Below are positions 36,014 to 47,095 of a stretch of 64,000 nucleotides of DNA, piece after piece. The notes beneath the pieces were generated by a model. It saw only the letters and a program-made list of their open reading frames with translations. It was not told where the DNA came from and did not search any database. A program made the translations under genes and the position numbers. Position 1 is the first letter of the stretch. Every line of letters starts with the position of its first letter. The DNA is from an uncultured Candidatus Binatia bacterium (lineage in GTDB: Bacteria > Desulfobacterota > Binatia > UBA9968 > JAJDTQ01): positions 608,001-672,000 of the forward strand of contig OZ244070.1 in assembly GCA_965215605.1 (NCBI GenBank). Reading direction: 5' to 3'.

Positions 36014-37003
36014 ATGGCGACAAATTTGAAGTTCGGACTGCTGTTGCCCCATTTCGGGGATCAGGGATCGGTCGAGAAGTGCATCGAGGGGTCGAAGCTA
36101 GCCGAGTCGTTGGGATTCGACTCCGTCTGGGTCCGCGACCATCTGGTCTTCGAGCCCCACGGCATGGAAGGCACGGACAATACCCATATCGAGTGCGTCG
36201 CGATCCTGTCGGCGATCTCGTCGGTGTGCAAGAAGCTGATCCTGGGCTCGGGTACGATGATCTCCCACAGGCACCCGATCCACCTCGCCCAGTGCATGGC
36301 GGCCCTGAGCGTGCTGGCCGACGGCAAGGTCATCATGGGAATCGGCGCGGGAACGTTCCAGCACGAGTTCGCCGCGGCCGGGCTCAAGAACACTCGGGAC
36401 GACCGCTTCAACATGGCCAAGATCAACTCCAACATCGTACGGCGCCTCTGGGCCGGCGAGAAGGTAGACTACGAGGACGAGTACTACTCCTTCACGGATG
36501 TGGAGCTCAAGCCGACGCCGTTGGCGCCCATACCCATCTGGTACGGCGGCGGCACCCCGGCTTCGTGCCGGCGCGCCGTGGACTACTGCGACGGCTGGAT
36601 GCCCGGACGGATCCCGCTGCGCACTTTCCACAAATGCATCAAGTACCTTCATGACCTTTGCGACAAGGCCGGCAAGCCCATGGTTACCACCGGCGCCATC
36701 CCCATCACCAGCATCGCCAAGGACAAGGACACGGCGGTGAACAAGGTCAACGCGCCCGGGCTCATCAACGAGGGCAACAAGAAGCCCACCTGGGTCAAGC
36801 CCGAGTCCGGCACCTTCTCCAAACTCGAGGACATCGAGGGACTGCTGCTGGCGGGTACGCCCGAGGACATCGTCCGCGACACGCAGCGGTACGAGGAAGG
36901 CGGCCTCAACCACATCGTCTACGACCTCCGGTTCCGCTACGCCGACTGGTACGAGCAGATCGAGCTGTTGGGCAAGGAAGTCCTGCCGGCGGTGCGCGCC
37001 TAG
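36014..37003 (+). CDS. LLM-class flavin-dependent oxidoreductase
   Basis: KFGLLLP, AESLGFDSVWVRDH, PIWYGG, DGWMP; AGGAGG RBS. Confidence 0.9.
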   Translation: MATNLKFGLLLPHFGDQGSVEKCIEGSKLAESLGFDSVWVRDHLVFEPHGMEGTDNTHIECVAILSAISSVCKKLILGSGTMISHRHPIHLAQCMAALSVLADGKVIMGIGAGTFQHEFAAAGLKNTRDDRFNMAKINSNIVRRLWAGEKVDYEDEYYSFTDVELKPTPLAPIPIWYGGGTPASCRRAVDYCDGWMPGRIPLRTFHKCIKYLHDLCDKAGKPMVTTGAIPITSIAKDKDTAVNKVNAPGLINEGNKKPTWVKPESGTFSKLEDIEGLLLAGTPEDIVRDTQRYEEGGLNHIVYDLRFRYADWYEQIELLGKEVLPAVRA

Positions 37004-37025
37004 GCGCCGGACCGACCGGACGAGG

Positions 37026-37057
37026 CGGCAGGGGCGACCGGTCCGTCGCCCCTGCCG
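37026..37057. repeat. REP-like intergenic hairpin
   Basis: CGGCAGGGGCGAC-cggtcc-GTCGCCCCTGCCG, 13-bp stem. Confidence 0.6.
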
Positions 37058-37109
37058 GAGATCGTCCCGCCGACATTTGCCGCGGCGCAGACCACGATGG
37101 GAGAGCCAC

Positions 37110-38024
37110 ATGCAGACAGAGGACGTCACTTTCTACAGCGAGGGCTACAAGGTCCACGGCACCATGTACCTGCCGGACGGCGACGCGGGCAAACCCTGGC
37201 CGGGCATCGTCCAGGGCCCGGGTTTTCTGGGTCTCAAGGACGCCAAGCACTACATCCTGATGTTCGAGCGGCTGTGCGAGGCCGGCTACGCCTGCCTGTG
37301 CTTCGACTACCGCGGCTGGGGCCAGAGCGAGGGGCCGCAAAAGGGGTGGGTCATGCCCGCCTGGCAGGCGGAAGACATCCGCAACGCCATCACCTACATG
37401 GAGACCCGTGACGACGTGGACTCCGACCGCATCGCCACCTACGGCTCCGGCGGCACCGGCGGCGGCAACGCTGTGCTGGTGGGGGCCGCCGACGAGCGGG
37501 TCAAGGCCGTGGTGTGCTACCTCGGCGTGTGCAACGGCCGCGACTGGCTTCATTCCATGCGCCGGGAGTACGAGTGGATCGACTACCTCAAGCGCATCGA
37601 GGAAGACCGCCGGCAACGGGTACTGAACGGTTCCGGCGAACTGGTGGCGGCGCGCGAGGAGATCATGGTGCAGACCCCGGAGCGCAAGACCACCAATATC
37701 AAGAAGGAAGTGGCGTCGAAGATTCCCAACCAGATGCCGCTGCAGTGCGCCGACGCCATCCTGGACTACGCGCCGGAGGACGTCGTCCACAAGATCTCGC
37801 CTCGCGGCGTCCTGTTCGTCGCCGTGGAGTACGACGCCACCACGCCCGAGGAACACTCCATCCGCATGTACGAGAAGGCCGGAGAGCCCAAGAGACTCGT
37901 CATGCTGAAGAAGACGACCCATTACGGCGTCTACAACGATTACTTCGACCAGATCGCCGGCGAGGTGGTGGACTGGTACAACCGCCACCTGAAGTACGAC
38001 CGCATCGGCATTACCGAACCGTAG
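37110..38024 (+). CDS. Alpha/beta-fold hydrolase with atypical nucleophile elbow
   Basis: FDYRGWGQSEG, DVDSDRIATYGSGGTGGG, VEYDATTP, TTHY. Confidence 0.85.
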   Translation: MQTEDVTFYSEGYKVHGTMYLPDGDAGKPWPGIVQGPGFLGLKDAKHYILMFERLCEAGYACLCFDYRGWGQSEGPQKGWVMPAWQAEDIRNAITYMETRDDVDSDRIATYGSGGTGGGNAVLVGAADERVKAVVCYLGVCNGRDWLHSMRREYEWIDYLKRIEEDRRQRVLNGSGELVAAREEIMVQTPERKTTNIKKEVASKIPNQMPLQCADAILDYAPEDVVHKISPRGVLFVAVEYDATTPEEHSIRMYEKAGEPKRLVMLKKTTHYGVYNDYFDQIAGEVVDWYNRHLKYDRIGITEP

Positions 38025-38116
38025 GGACAACGATGGAGAGTTCGGCGGGGGTCAGGCCCTCACCGAACTCGAAGGATGGGTAACCGTTTGAGACCAAAGG
38101 GCGAGGAGTTTTGATC

Positions 38117-39131
38117 ATGGGCAAGTTCGAATTCGGCATCCGGGTGCCCAACTCGGGACCGCTCTCCAGCAAGGAGAACATCGTCAAGGCTGCGCAGAAC
38201 TCCGAGGAGCTGGGCTTCGACACCATCTGGCTCCACGACCACGTGGTCTGGAGCTCGGAGATGCACCGGCACCACATTTCCTCGGGTGCCGCCGAGGCCC
38301 TCACGGATGCCCAGGAGGCCAACTTCTTCGAGTGCATGACCACCATGTCGTACTTGGCCGCGAAGACGAAGAACATCCAGATCGGCGTGGCCTGCCTGGT
38401 GATGCCCCTGCGCAACCCCATCTACGCGGCCAAGCAGTGCGCCACCCTGGACCACCTGTGCGACGGGCGGTTGCTGGTGGGCGTGGGGCTCGGCTCCAAG
38501 GCCACCCGCGATTCCAGCGAGTTCGACGTATTCGAGGTGCCCATCAAGGGCCGGGGCAACCGCACCGACGAGTACATCGAGGCCATGAAGGCCATCTGGA
38601 CCCAGCCCATGGCCTCCTACGAGGGCAAGTACCTCAAGTTCGACAACGCCGAGATCCACCCCAAGCCGCTGCAGAAGCCCCACCCTCCGGTGTGGGTAGG
38701 CGGCTGGATGGACCAGGCGGCGGTGCGCGCCGGCCGTTACGGCGAGGGCTGGATCCCCGGCTGGCTGTCACCCAAGGAGATGGCGCGGGGCTGCGAGCTC
38801 CTCAACAAGGCGGCCGAGGACGCCGGCCGGGACCCCGCGGGGATCAAGATCGCGGTGGAGAAACTGGCCTGCATCGCCCGCACCCGGGACGAGGCCATGA
38901 CCCTCGCGCTGCCCACCATCCGCGAAAGCTCTCACACCTACGAGCGCGACGTGGACAACATCCAGTTCGCCCTCGACCGCCACATCATCGGATCGGTGGA
39001 TGACGTCCGCCGCCGCATCGACGAGTTCATCGAGGCCGGCGTGCAGCACTTCGAGCTCAAGCTCATCTACCCGGACATGGACACCATGCAGAAGGAGATG
39101 CTGCTCTGGTCGGAGGAGATCATACCGCACT

Positions 39132-39139
<8 letters not shown>
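38117..39139 (+). CDS. LLM-class flavin-dependent oxidoreductase
   Basis: GFDTIWLHDH, PLRNP..AKQ.ATLD.L.DGR, PKPLQKPHPPVWVGG. Confidence 0.92.
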
Positions 39140-39628
<489 letters not shown>

Positions 39629-39632
<4 letters not shown>

Positions 39633-41929
39633 GCGAGGACAATAGCCGCGACTTCGAGGTGGTCAACCGCTCGGTGCCGCGCCGCGACGGCCGCGCCAAG
39701 GTGTCGGGCCGGGCACTCTACGTGAGCGACGTCAAGCTCGCGGGCATGGCCTACGCCAAGGTGCTGCGGAGCCCCTACGCCCACGCGGCCATCGTCTCCA
39801 TGGACACCTCCCGGGCCGAGGCCCACCCCGGCGTGTACAACGTGCTGCGGGGCGACGATTTGGAAGGGCTGAACCCGTATTTCGGCCACGCCGTCAAGGA
39901 CCATCCGCTGGTGGCCATCGACAAGGTCCGCTACGCCGGCGAGCCCGTGGCCGCGGTCATCGCCGAGGACGAGCTCACCGCCTACGAGGCCCTGGAGCTC
40001 ATCGACGTCGAGTACGAAGAGCTGCCGGCGGTGATGGAGCCCCAGGAGGCGCTGGCGGGGGACGCGCCGCTGCTCCACCAGCGCCAGTTCGAGGCCGGCG
40101 CGCTGCGCGGGTTCGAAGGAGAGGTCACCGCGGGCCGGGGCAGCAACCTGTGCCAGGAGCACCACATCAAGTGGGGGGACGTCGACGAGGCGTTCGCCAC
40201 GGCCGCGGCCGTGGCGGAGGGCGAGTACTACTTTCCCATGGCCTATGCCTACGCCATGGAGCCCTACGTGGCCATCGCCGAGGTGGGCGACGACAGCGTC
40301 ACCATCTACTCCTCGGCCCAGCACCCCTTCATGGTGCGGCACGACCTCAAGACCATCTTCGACATGCCGGTGAGCCAGATCCGCTTGATCGTGCCGTTCG
40401 TGGGCGGCGGCTACGGCAGCAAGTCCTATACCAAGATCGAGCCGCTGGTTTCGGCCTGCGCGTGGAAGGCGCGGCGCCCGGTGAAGCTCCAGCTCAGCGT
40501 CGAAGAAGCCATGCTGACCACCCGCGGCGACGACGCCCTCACCTGGATGCGCACGGCGGTGGACGCCGACGGCAAGATCATCGCGCGCCAGGCGAATATC
40601 TACATGAACACCGGCGCCTACGCCGAGAACAGCCCTCTGGTGTGCGAGAAGTCGTCCAACCGCTGCGTCGGACCCTACGCCATCCCCAACGTCCAGATCG
40701 ACAACCACATGGTCTACACCAACACGGTGCCGGCCAGCTCCTTCCGGGGCTTCGGCTGCGCCCAGGTGACCATGGCCGGCGAGTCCCAGATCGACGAACT
40801 TGCGGCCAAGATCGGCATGGACCCCTACGAGTTCCGCGTGCTCAACGCGGCGCGGCCCAGGCAGGAGTTCTTCCCTGGCATGCGCCCCTTCGACGGCACC
40901 CTGACCGAGGACCTCAAGATCGTCGCCGACAACATCGGCTGGAAGGAGCCGCTGCCCGCCGGCCACGGGCGCAGCATCGGCTGCTCCGCCAGCGACGCCG
41001 GCGCCTATCCGCTCACCTCCACGGCCGTCCGCGTGCACGCCGACGGCTCGGCGTCGCTGATGATCGGCAGCACGGAGTTGGGCCAAGGCAGCCACACCGT
41101 GCTGCCGCAGATTGCCGCCGAGGAGCTCGGCATACCCTTCGACCTGGTCCGGGTCGTGTCTTCCGACACCGCCATCACGCCCTACGATCGGTCCACCGGC
41201 GCCAGCCGCACCACCACCCTCATGGGCCGGGCGGTGCAGGAGGCCAGCCGGGAGGCCATCGAGCAGATGGCGCGCATGGCCGCGGACGTGCTGGGAGTCG
41301 AGGAATCGGAGATTCAGCCGGTTCGCGGCGGCATCACCTGCGGCGAAGCGAGGCTCAACTGGTCCGAGGTGCTGACCCGCTACTACAAGCTGCCGGACGG
41401 CGAGGTCATCGGCCGCGCGTACATCCGCAAGGACAAGGACTTCGCCCAGTTGCCGGTGTTCTGGGAAGCCGCCTCCACCGGCATCGAGGTATCCGTGGAC
41501 GAGGAGACCGGCAAGGTCACCATGGAGAAGCTCGGCACCTGCGGCGACGTGGGCCTGGCCATCAATCCGGCGCTGGCCGAGGGGCAGGACATCGGCGCCG
41601 CCACCACCGGCATGGGCATCGGCATGTTCGAGGAGCTGGAGTTCGACCGCAACCAGTTGCTCAACGGCAACCTGCTGGAATACCGCCTGCCGCGCTTCTC
41701 CGACATGCCGCGGACGGTGAAGCTGGAGCTGGTGCAGAACCGGGACGGGGTGGGACCCTACGGCGCCAAGGGCGGCGGCGAGGCATCCCTCAACTCGCTG
41801 CCCGCCAACATCGCCAACGCGGTGTACAACGCCACCGGCGCGCGCATTCGCCGGGCGCCGCTCACGCCGGAGAAGGTCTGGCGCGCGATCCGGGAAGCCC
41901 GCGCCGCACGTGGAGAGAACGAATCATGA
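39629..41929 (+). CDS. Xanthine dehydrogenase family Mo-binding subunit
   Basis: LRSPYAHA, VGGGYGSK, SFRGFG, ELGQG, GASR, GAKGGGE; lacks the CODH AYxCSFR loop. Confidence 0.92.
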
Positions 41930-42795
41930 TGCCGCTGCGACGCTTCGCCATCCACCGCCCGGCCGACCTGAGCGAGGCCGCGGAGATGCTCGAGCACTAT
42001 GGTGAGGACGGCACCCTGTACGCCGGCGGCACCGAACTGCTCCTGGCCATGCGGCACGACCTGCTACGTTACCAGCACCTGATCGACATCAAGGCCGTGC
42101 GAGGCCTCGACGGCATCGAGCGCCGGGATGGGCACCTGCACATCGGCGCCGCCGCCACCCACCGGACCGTCGAGCGCTCCGCCGTGGTGCGGGAGTTCCT
42201 TCCGGTCATGGCCGACGTGGCAGCCAACGTCGCCAATGTGCGCGTGCGCGCCACCGGCACGCTGGGCGGGAATCTCGCCTTCGCCGAGCCCCACTCCGAT
42301 CCGGCGACCCTGCTGCTGGCCCTGGGCGGCACCATCCGGGCGCAAGGCAAATCGGGCGAACGGACGCTTGCCATGGACGAGCTTCTGGCCGGCGCCTATG
42401 AGAACTCCTTGGCGCGGGACGAGGTCCTGACCGGCGTGGACGTCCCGCTGCCGGCACCGTCACAGCGCTCGGCCTACCTCAAGTTCCAGGTACACGAGCG
42501 GCCCTTGCTCGGGCTGGCGCTCTCGCTTGCGCTTGACGATGACAGCGGGGAGATCCGCGAGGCCCGTTGCGCGGTGGGTTGCGTGAGCCCCACGCCGTGT
42601 CGTTCGACCGCCGCGGAGGGCCTCATCGCCGGGCCCGCGGATTCGGTCGAACAGCGGCTGCAACAGGCCGGCGAAGCCCTCGCCGACGAGGCCGCGCTGA
42701 CGGACGACCGCGAGGGTAGCGCCGAGTACAAACGCCACCTCATCGGCGTGCTGCTGCGCCGCGCCGCGAAGAGGTGCCTCGACGGCAACAGCTAA
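41926..42795 (+). CDS. Molybdenum hydroxylase FAD-binding subunit (CoxM-like)
   Basis: YAGGTELL, RVRATGTLGGNL..AEP.SD, GSAEYKRHL. Confidence 0.92.
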   Translation: MMPLRRFAIHRPADLSEAAEMLEHYGEDGTLYAGGTELLLAMRHDLLRYQHLIDIKAVRGLDGIERRDGHLHIGAAATHRTVERSAVVREFLPVMADVAANVANVRVRATGTLGGNLAFAEPHSDPATLLLALGGTIRAQGKSGERTLAMDELLAGAYENSLARDEVLTGVDVPLPAPSQRSAYLKFQVHERPLLGLALSLALDDDSGEIREARCAVGCVSPTPCRSTAAEGLIAGPADSVEQRLQQAGEALADEAALTDDREGSAEYKRHLIGVLLRRAAKRCLDGNS

Positions 42796-42872
42796 ACGCT
42801 GTAACCGCCCTTCTTGTCTGCCGCCCGATCTGTCGGCTTCCTGACCCCGAAAATACCGGTATGCCCGCACCC

Positions 42873-42920
42873 GTCATCCCCGACCTCGGGGCAAGCCCGG
42901 GACAAGCCTGATCCGGATTC
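42873..42920. repeat. Degenerate REP/RPE-like element
   Basis: GTCATCCCCGACCTCGGGG...CCTGATCCGG, related to 44597-44647. Confidence 0.45.
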
Positions 42921-42928
42921 GGGCAGTC

Positions 42929-43624
42929 ATGCGTTTTCCTTCTCCACTGATTCCGGGCACCCTCGTCGAGCGCTACAAGCGCTTCCTGGCCGATGTCCGA
43001 CTCGACGACGGCACGGTGGTGACGGCTCACTGCACCAACACTGGCAGCATGCTGGGCTGCAAGGAGCCCGGCAGCCGGGTCTACCTCTCGGACCAGAGCG
43101 GCAGGGGCCGGAAGCTGGACTACACTTGGGAGATCATCCGGGTGGGCCGGACGCTGGTGGGGATCAACACTCTGGCGGCCAACCGGCTGGCGCGGGAAGG
43201 GATCGAGACCGGCGTCATCCGAGAGCTGCAGGGCTACGAGGGCCTTCGGGCCGAGGTGCCGACGCGCCCGGGGTCACGCCTCGACTTCCTCCTGGAACGC
43301 CCCGCAGAGCAGTGTTACCTCGAGGTCAAGAACGTGACCCTGGTGGTGGACCGGGCGGCAACCTTTCCCGACGCCGTCAGCGAGCGCGGCACCAAGCACT
43401 TGAAGGAGCTCATGCGGCTGCGGCGGAAGGGCCACCGGGCGGTGCTGCTGTTCGTGATCCAGAGGGCAGGCTGCCCCTCGTTCAGGCCCGCGGACGAAAT
43501 CGATCCCGAGTACGGACGGTGGCTGCGTCGCGCGGTCGAGGCGGGGGTCGAGGTCTATCCCTACGGCGCCCGTGTGACCACCCGGGCCATCTCTCTCAGG
43601 GACCCTGTTCCGCTGCACCTGTGA
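42929..43624 (+). CDS. sfsA: DNA/RNA nuclease SfsA
   Basis: RYKRFLADV, AHCTNTGSM, SRLDFLL, YLEVKNVT, FPDAVSERGTKHL. Confidence 0.95.
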   Translation: MRFPSPLIPGTLVERYKRFLADVRLDDGTVVTAHCTNTGSMLGCKEPGSRVYLSDQSGRGRKLDYTWEIIRVGRTLVGINTLAANRLAREGIETGVIRELQGYEGLRAEVPTRPGSRLDFLLERPAEQCYLEVKNVTLVVDRAATFPDAVSERGTKHLKELMRLRRKGHRAVLLFVIQRAGCPSFRPADEIDPEYGRWLRRAVEAGVEVYPYGARVTTRAISLRDPVPLHL

Positions 43625-43684
43625 GGAAAAGGCGGGCGGTCCGCGCCAAACCGGCGAACCCGTGGAGCCGGCTCGGCGCCGGCG

Positions 43685-44554
43685 TCAGGCGAGGCTCTTG
43701 ATGAAGCCCGTCACGGCCCGGTTGAACTGCTCGGGCTGCTCCCGGTAACAAAAATGGCCGGCCTTGTTGATGACGTGCAACTGTGCGTTCTCGGTGCTGC
43801 CGGCAATGAAATCGAACAGCGAAAGGCCCCTCTTGTACTGGGCCGTGGGGTCGTTGTAGCCCCACACGACCAGAGTGGGCGCCTTGAGCCGTCCCTCCAT
43901 CATCCACTGGAGGCTCTCTTCCTTGTCGAGGACGAGGTTGCGCATGAACAGCTTCAATCCCCCGCCGCTCATCTTGCGCACGGACTCCTGGTACTTGGGC
44001 AACTCGGATATCTCCACGGCCGCGTCGATCCAGCGGTCCGTGATGTGCCCGGTGCCGTAGGAGTAGTGCTCCACCACCCATCGCTGGCTCTCCCGGCTGA
44101 GGTACGGCTCCGGCCTCGCCGACATGACCCGCTCGGTAAGCGAAGGCCCCGGCGAAAGGCTGCCGCTGTCCACGATGATGCAGGATCGGACGATCTCCGG
44201 GTGCAGCAACGTCAGCCGCGCCACCACGTATCCGCCCCGCGAGTGGCCGCACACGTGAACATCCTCGAGACCCATGGCCTTGAGGAAGCCGTGGGCGTGC
44301 TCCACAACGGCGGCGGGCGTGTAGTCGTCGTCGGTCTTGGGGTTGCCGGTGTGCCCCTGACCGAGCTTGTCCACGGCGATGACCCGGAATGATTCGGCCA
44401 ACGCGTCGAAATTGAGCTCCCAGTCGAGGGCGCTGTCGCAGGCGTCGGTGGTGCCGAAGTGACTGCCGTGCCACAGCACCAGCGGCTCACCCGTCCCCTT
44501 CTCGAAGTAGCGCGTGCGGACCCCGTCCACGTCGATGAACCTTGCGTCGGTCAT
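43685..44554 (-). CDS. Alpha/beta hydrolase (meta-cleavage hydrolase-like)
   Basis: LWHG, DKLGQG, GHSRGG, VWGYND, AGHF. Confidence 0.88.
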   Translation of the reverse strand: MTDARFIDVDGVRTRYFEKGTGEPLVLWHGSHFGTTDACDSALDWELNFDALAESFRVIAVDKLGQGHTGNPKTDDDYTPAAVVEHAHGFLKAMGLEDVHVCGHSRGGYVVARLTLLHPEIVRSCIIVDSGSLSPGPSLTERVMSARPEPYLSRESQRWVVEHYSYGTGHITDRWIDAAVEISELPKYQESVRKMSGGGLKLFMRNLVLDKEESLQWMMEGRLKAPTLVVWGYNDPTAQYKRGLSLFDFIAGSTENAQLHVINKAGHFCYREQPEQFNRAVTGFIKSLA

Positions 44555-44596
44555 TGGCACGATGGCACCTCCCGAACAGGATTGCGGATTCTGTCG

Positions 44597-44647
44597 ACCC
44601 CGGATCATGTCCGGGGTGACCATAGCGAACTCCGGATCAAGGCCGGA
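44597..44647. repeat. REP/RPE-like palindrome pair
   Basis: ACCCCGGA-tcatg-TCCGGGGT-GAC followed by TCCGGATCAAGGCCGGA. Confidence 0.55.
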
Positions 44648-44696
44648 TCCCGGCTTTCGTCGGTTCCTGGCCGACGGTCATGAGCCGACGGACGCG

Positions 44697-45893
44697 TCAG
44701 CGCTGCAGCGCCATGAACAGGAACACTTTGGCCGCCTCGACGACGCTCTTGAGAGGGACGAGGTCGTTGTCCGTATGTTGGAAGCGGACGGCGCGGGAGC
44801 CGTAGTTCACGGTCTCGATGCCGCGGACATTGAGCAGGCCGGTGTCATTCGCCGCGGTGGAAAAGCTGTATTCCGGCTCCCGCCCCAACAGGGTCCGGAT
44901 GGCGCCGGCCAAGGCCACCACCACGCCCGCGTCCTTCCCCACCTCGCACGGGTACATGAACTCTTCCTTTTCCACCGTGATCTCGTAGGGCTCGATCTGG
45001 CCAATGGCGGCGGCCAGTTGCGCCACGGCGCGGTCGGCGTCGTCGCCGGGCAGCAGCCGGCGGTCCATCTTGACGTGGCACTCGCCGGGAATGGTGTGCG
45101 TCGACTTGGGGTAGCTCTCGATGGCCGTGGGCGTCAGGGAGACTCGGCCCAATTCCGGGTGGCTCTTGTCCTCGGGATGGGGCATCAACGGCGCCAACCG
45201 CTCCAGCACCTTGACGGCGCCGTCCACGGCGTTGATGCCGTCCCACGGGCGGCTGCTGTGGGCCTGCCGGCCGCGCACGATGATGCGCACGTCGATGCGA
45301 CCCTTGTTGCCCAACTGGATTTCGGGGGGCCCGTCGATGACGCCCCAGCGCGCGTCGATGGCGCCGCTGGACAGCACGTAGTCGAGGGACTCGTGCTTGC
45401 CGCTCTCTCCCGCGGTGCTGGTGACGAAATAGAGGTCCCCCGGAAGCTCCCAGCCGCCGCGGGCAATGAGCCTCACCGCGCTCAACATGGCCGCCAGGCT
45501 GCCCTTTTGCTCGCAGGCGCCCCGGCCCCAGCCGCACGGCCCGTCGAGCCCGTAGGGAGCGCCGTCCACGATCTCTCCGGAATAGGGGTTGGGCATGGTG
45601 CTGGGGGCCGCATTCATGGCGTAGGACACCAGCACCAGGCCGGGGGCGGGGGCGGTTCCGGCGCCTGGCAGCCGGGCCGTGAGGTTGCCCATGTCGTCGA
45701 TGACCGCGTGGATACCTTCGGCCTCAAGCTCGGGCCGCACCACGTCGCGGATCAGCGCCAGCACCTGCGGCTCCCTTTCCAGCAGCTCGGTCTGGGGGCT
45801 GGGCGTCTGCAGCAGCTTCACCAGGAGGCGCCGGATCTCGTCCTGGTCGAGTCCTTCCTCAATGCGTTGTCTGGCTTCGTTGGCGTCCATCAT
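44697..45893 (-). CDS. M20 (ArgE/DapE-like) metallopeptidase-fold protein
   Basis: DDMGNL, WGRGACEQKG, GRQAHSS.P..GINA, DRRLLPG, QHTDND. Confidence 0.85.
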   Translation of the reverse strand: MMDANEARQRIEEGLDQDEIRRLLVKLLQTPSPQTELLEREPQVLALIRDVVRPELEAEGIHAVIDDMGNLTARLPGAGTAPAPGLVLVSYAMNAAPSTMPNPYSGEIVDGAPYGLDGPCGWGRGACEQKGSLAAMLSAVRLIARGGWELPGDLYFVTSTAGESGKHESLDYVLSSGAIDARWGVIDGPPEIQLGNKGRIDVRIIVRGRQAHSSRPWDGINAVDGAVKVLERLAPLMPHPEDKSHPELGRVSLTPTAIESYPKSTHTIPGECHVKMDRRLLPGDDADRAVAQLAAAIGQIEPYEITVEKEEFMYPCEVGKDAGVVVALAGAIRTLLGREPEYSFSTAANDTGLLNVRGIETVNYGSRAVRFQHTDNDLVPLKSVVEAAKVFLFMALQR

Positions 45894-45929
45894 GCGTGTT
45901 CCGGAACGGGCGTGGTCGATCGGAGTTCC

Positions 45930-46907
45930 CTACATCTCCACCTCGGTGCCCACGCCCTGCTCCCGTGCGCGCCGGTAGACCAGACTCGCGGCGGCCACGT
46001 CCTGGGCGGCGATGCCCACCGACTTGTACATGGTGATCTCGTCGTCCCCGGTCCGCCCCGGCCTGGCGCCGGACAAGACCTCGCCGATCTCGCCGCGCAC
46101 GTGGTCCGGCGTGATGGCGCCCTCCTTGACGGCCAGCAGGATGTCCCCGCACTCGGTGTTGATGGCGTCCAGCGAGTCGACGATCACCGTCGACCGCTTG
46201 ACCGTGTCGCCGCCCATCTCCCGGGCCTCGGGCCGGTGCGAGCCCACGGCGTTGATGTGGACGCCGGGCTTCAGCCAGCCGGCCTCCAGGATGGGCTCGG
46301 CCGCGTCCGTCACCGCGGTCAGGACGTCGGCGCCGCGCACCACCGCCTCGGCGGACTCCTGCGGCTGGATCGGGAAGCCCAACTCGTCCTCCAGCTCCTC
46401 CTTCACGTAGATGGCGTTGACGCGGGACGGACTCCAGATGAGCACCCGTTCGATGGAACGGACCCGGCTCAGCGCGCGGATATGGGTCCGCGCCTGGGTG
46501 CCGGCGCCCAGGATGCCCAGCACCGGCGTGTCCTGCTGCGCCAGCGCCTTGGTGGCCATGGCCGAGGCGCAGGCCGTGCGGACGGCGGTGATGTAGACGC
46601 CGTCCATCAACACTTCGAGCCTGCCGGTTTCGGCGCTGTACAGGGAGATGGTGGCCAGGATCGGCGGCAGGCCCTGTTTGGGGTTGTCGCGGAAATAGGA
46701 GATGATCTTGATCCCCAGCGCCTTCCCCTCGCTCATGAACGCGGGCATGCTGGTGATGCGTCCCTGGATCTCGGGCAACGGCACCACCAGGCGGACCGGC
46801 ATCGCAACCTTGCCTGCGGAGAACTGGATGTGCGCCTGCTCCAGCGCCGCGATCAGCTCGTCGAGATCGAGGAGTTTCCTTGCCTGTGCTTCCGAGATGA
46901 CCAGCAT
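45930..46907 (-). CDS. Ornithine cyclodeaminase/mu-crystallin family protein
   Basis: ITAVRTACAS, GAGTQA, HINAVGS, YKSVGIAAQD. Confidence 0.92.
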   Translation of the reverse strand: MLVISEAQARKLLDLDELIAALEQAHIQFSAGKVAMPVRLVVPLPEIQGRITSMPAFMSEGKALGIKIISYFRDNPKQGLPPILATISLYSAETGRLEVLMDGVYITAVRTACASAMATKALAQQDTPVLGILGAGTQARTHIRALSRVRSIERVLIWSPSRVNAIYVKEELEDELGFPIQPQESAEAVVRGADVLTAVTDAAEPILEAGWLKPGVHINAVGSHRPEAREMGGDTVKRSTVIVDSLDAINTECGDILLAVKEGAITPDHVRGEIGEVLSGARPGRTGDDEITMYKSVGIAAQDVAAASLVYRRAREQGVGTEVEM

Positions 46908-47095
46908 ATGGCTTCCTTGTGCTTGGGATTCTTGAGACCGAAGGGATGACATATCGGGCAACGCGGGCAATTGCAACGATGACTGCCGGCGGCCGCCCGC
47001 CGCGCGCGGGCAGCGCCGGCGGGATCGTTTCACTTGCTTCGTCAGTGGTGTATTCTGTGCCGTGCATCGACGGTGAAGGGCGGAAGGAGACCGAA

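Noticed and set aside
40150-42795. 881-aa ORF suggesting a large fusion
   Set aside because: The N-terminal part is an Arg/Gly-rich off-frame shadow of the Mo subunit; the FAD subunit starts at 41926.
44514-46949. 811-aa plus-strand ORF and similar long antisense ORFs (17249-19273, 49269-51293, 60443-62560)
   Set aside because: Typical stop-poor antisense frames of high-GC genes; no recognisable motifs.
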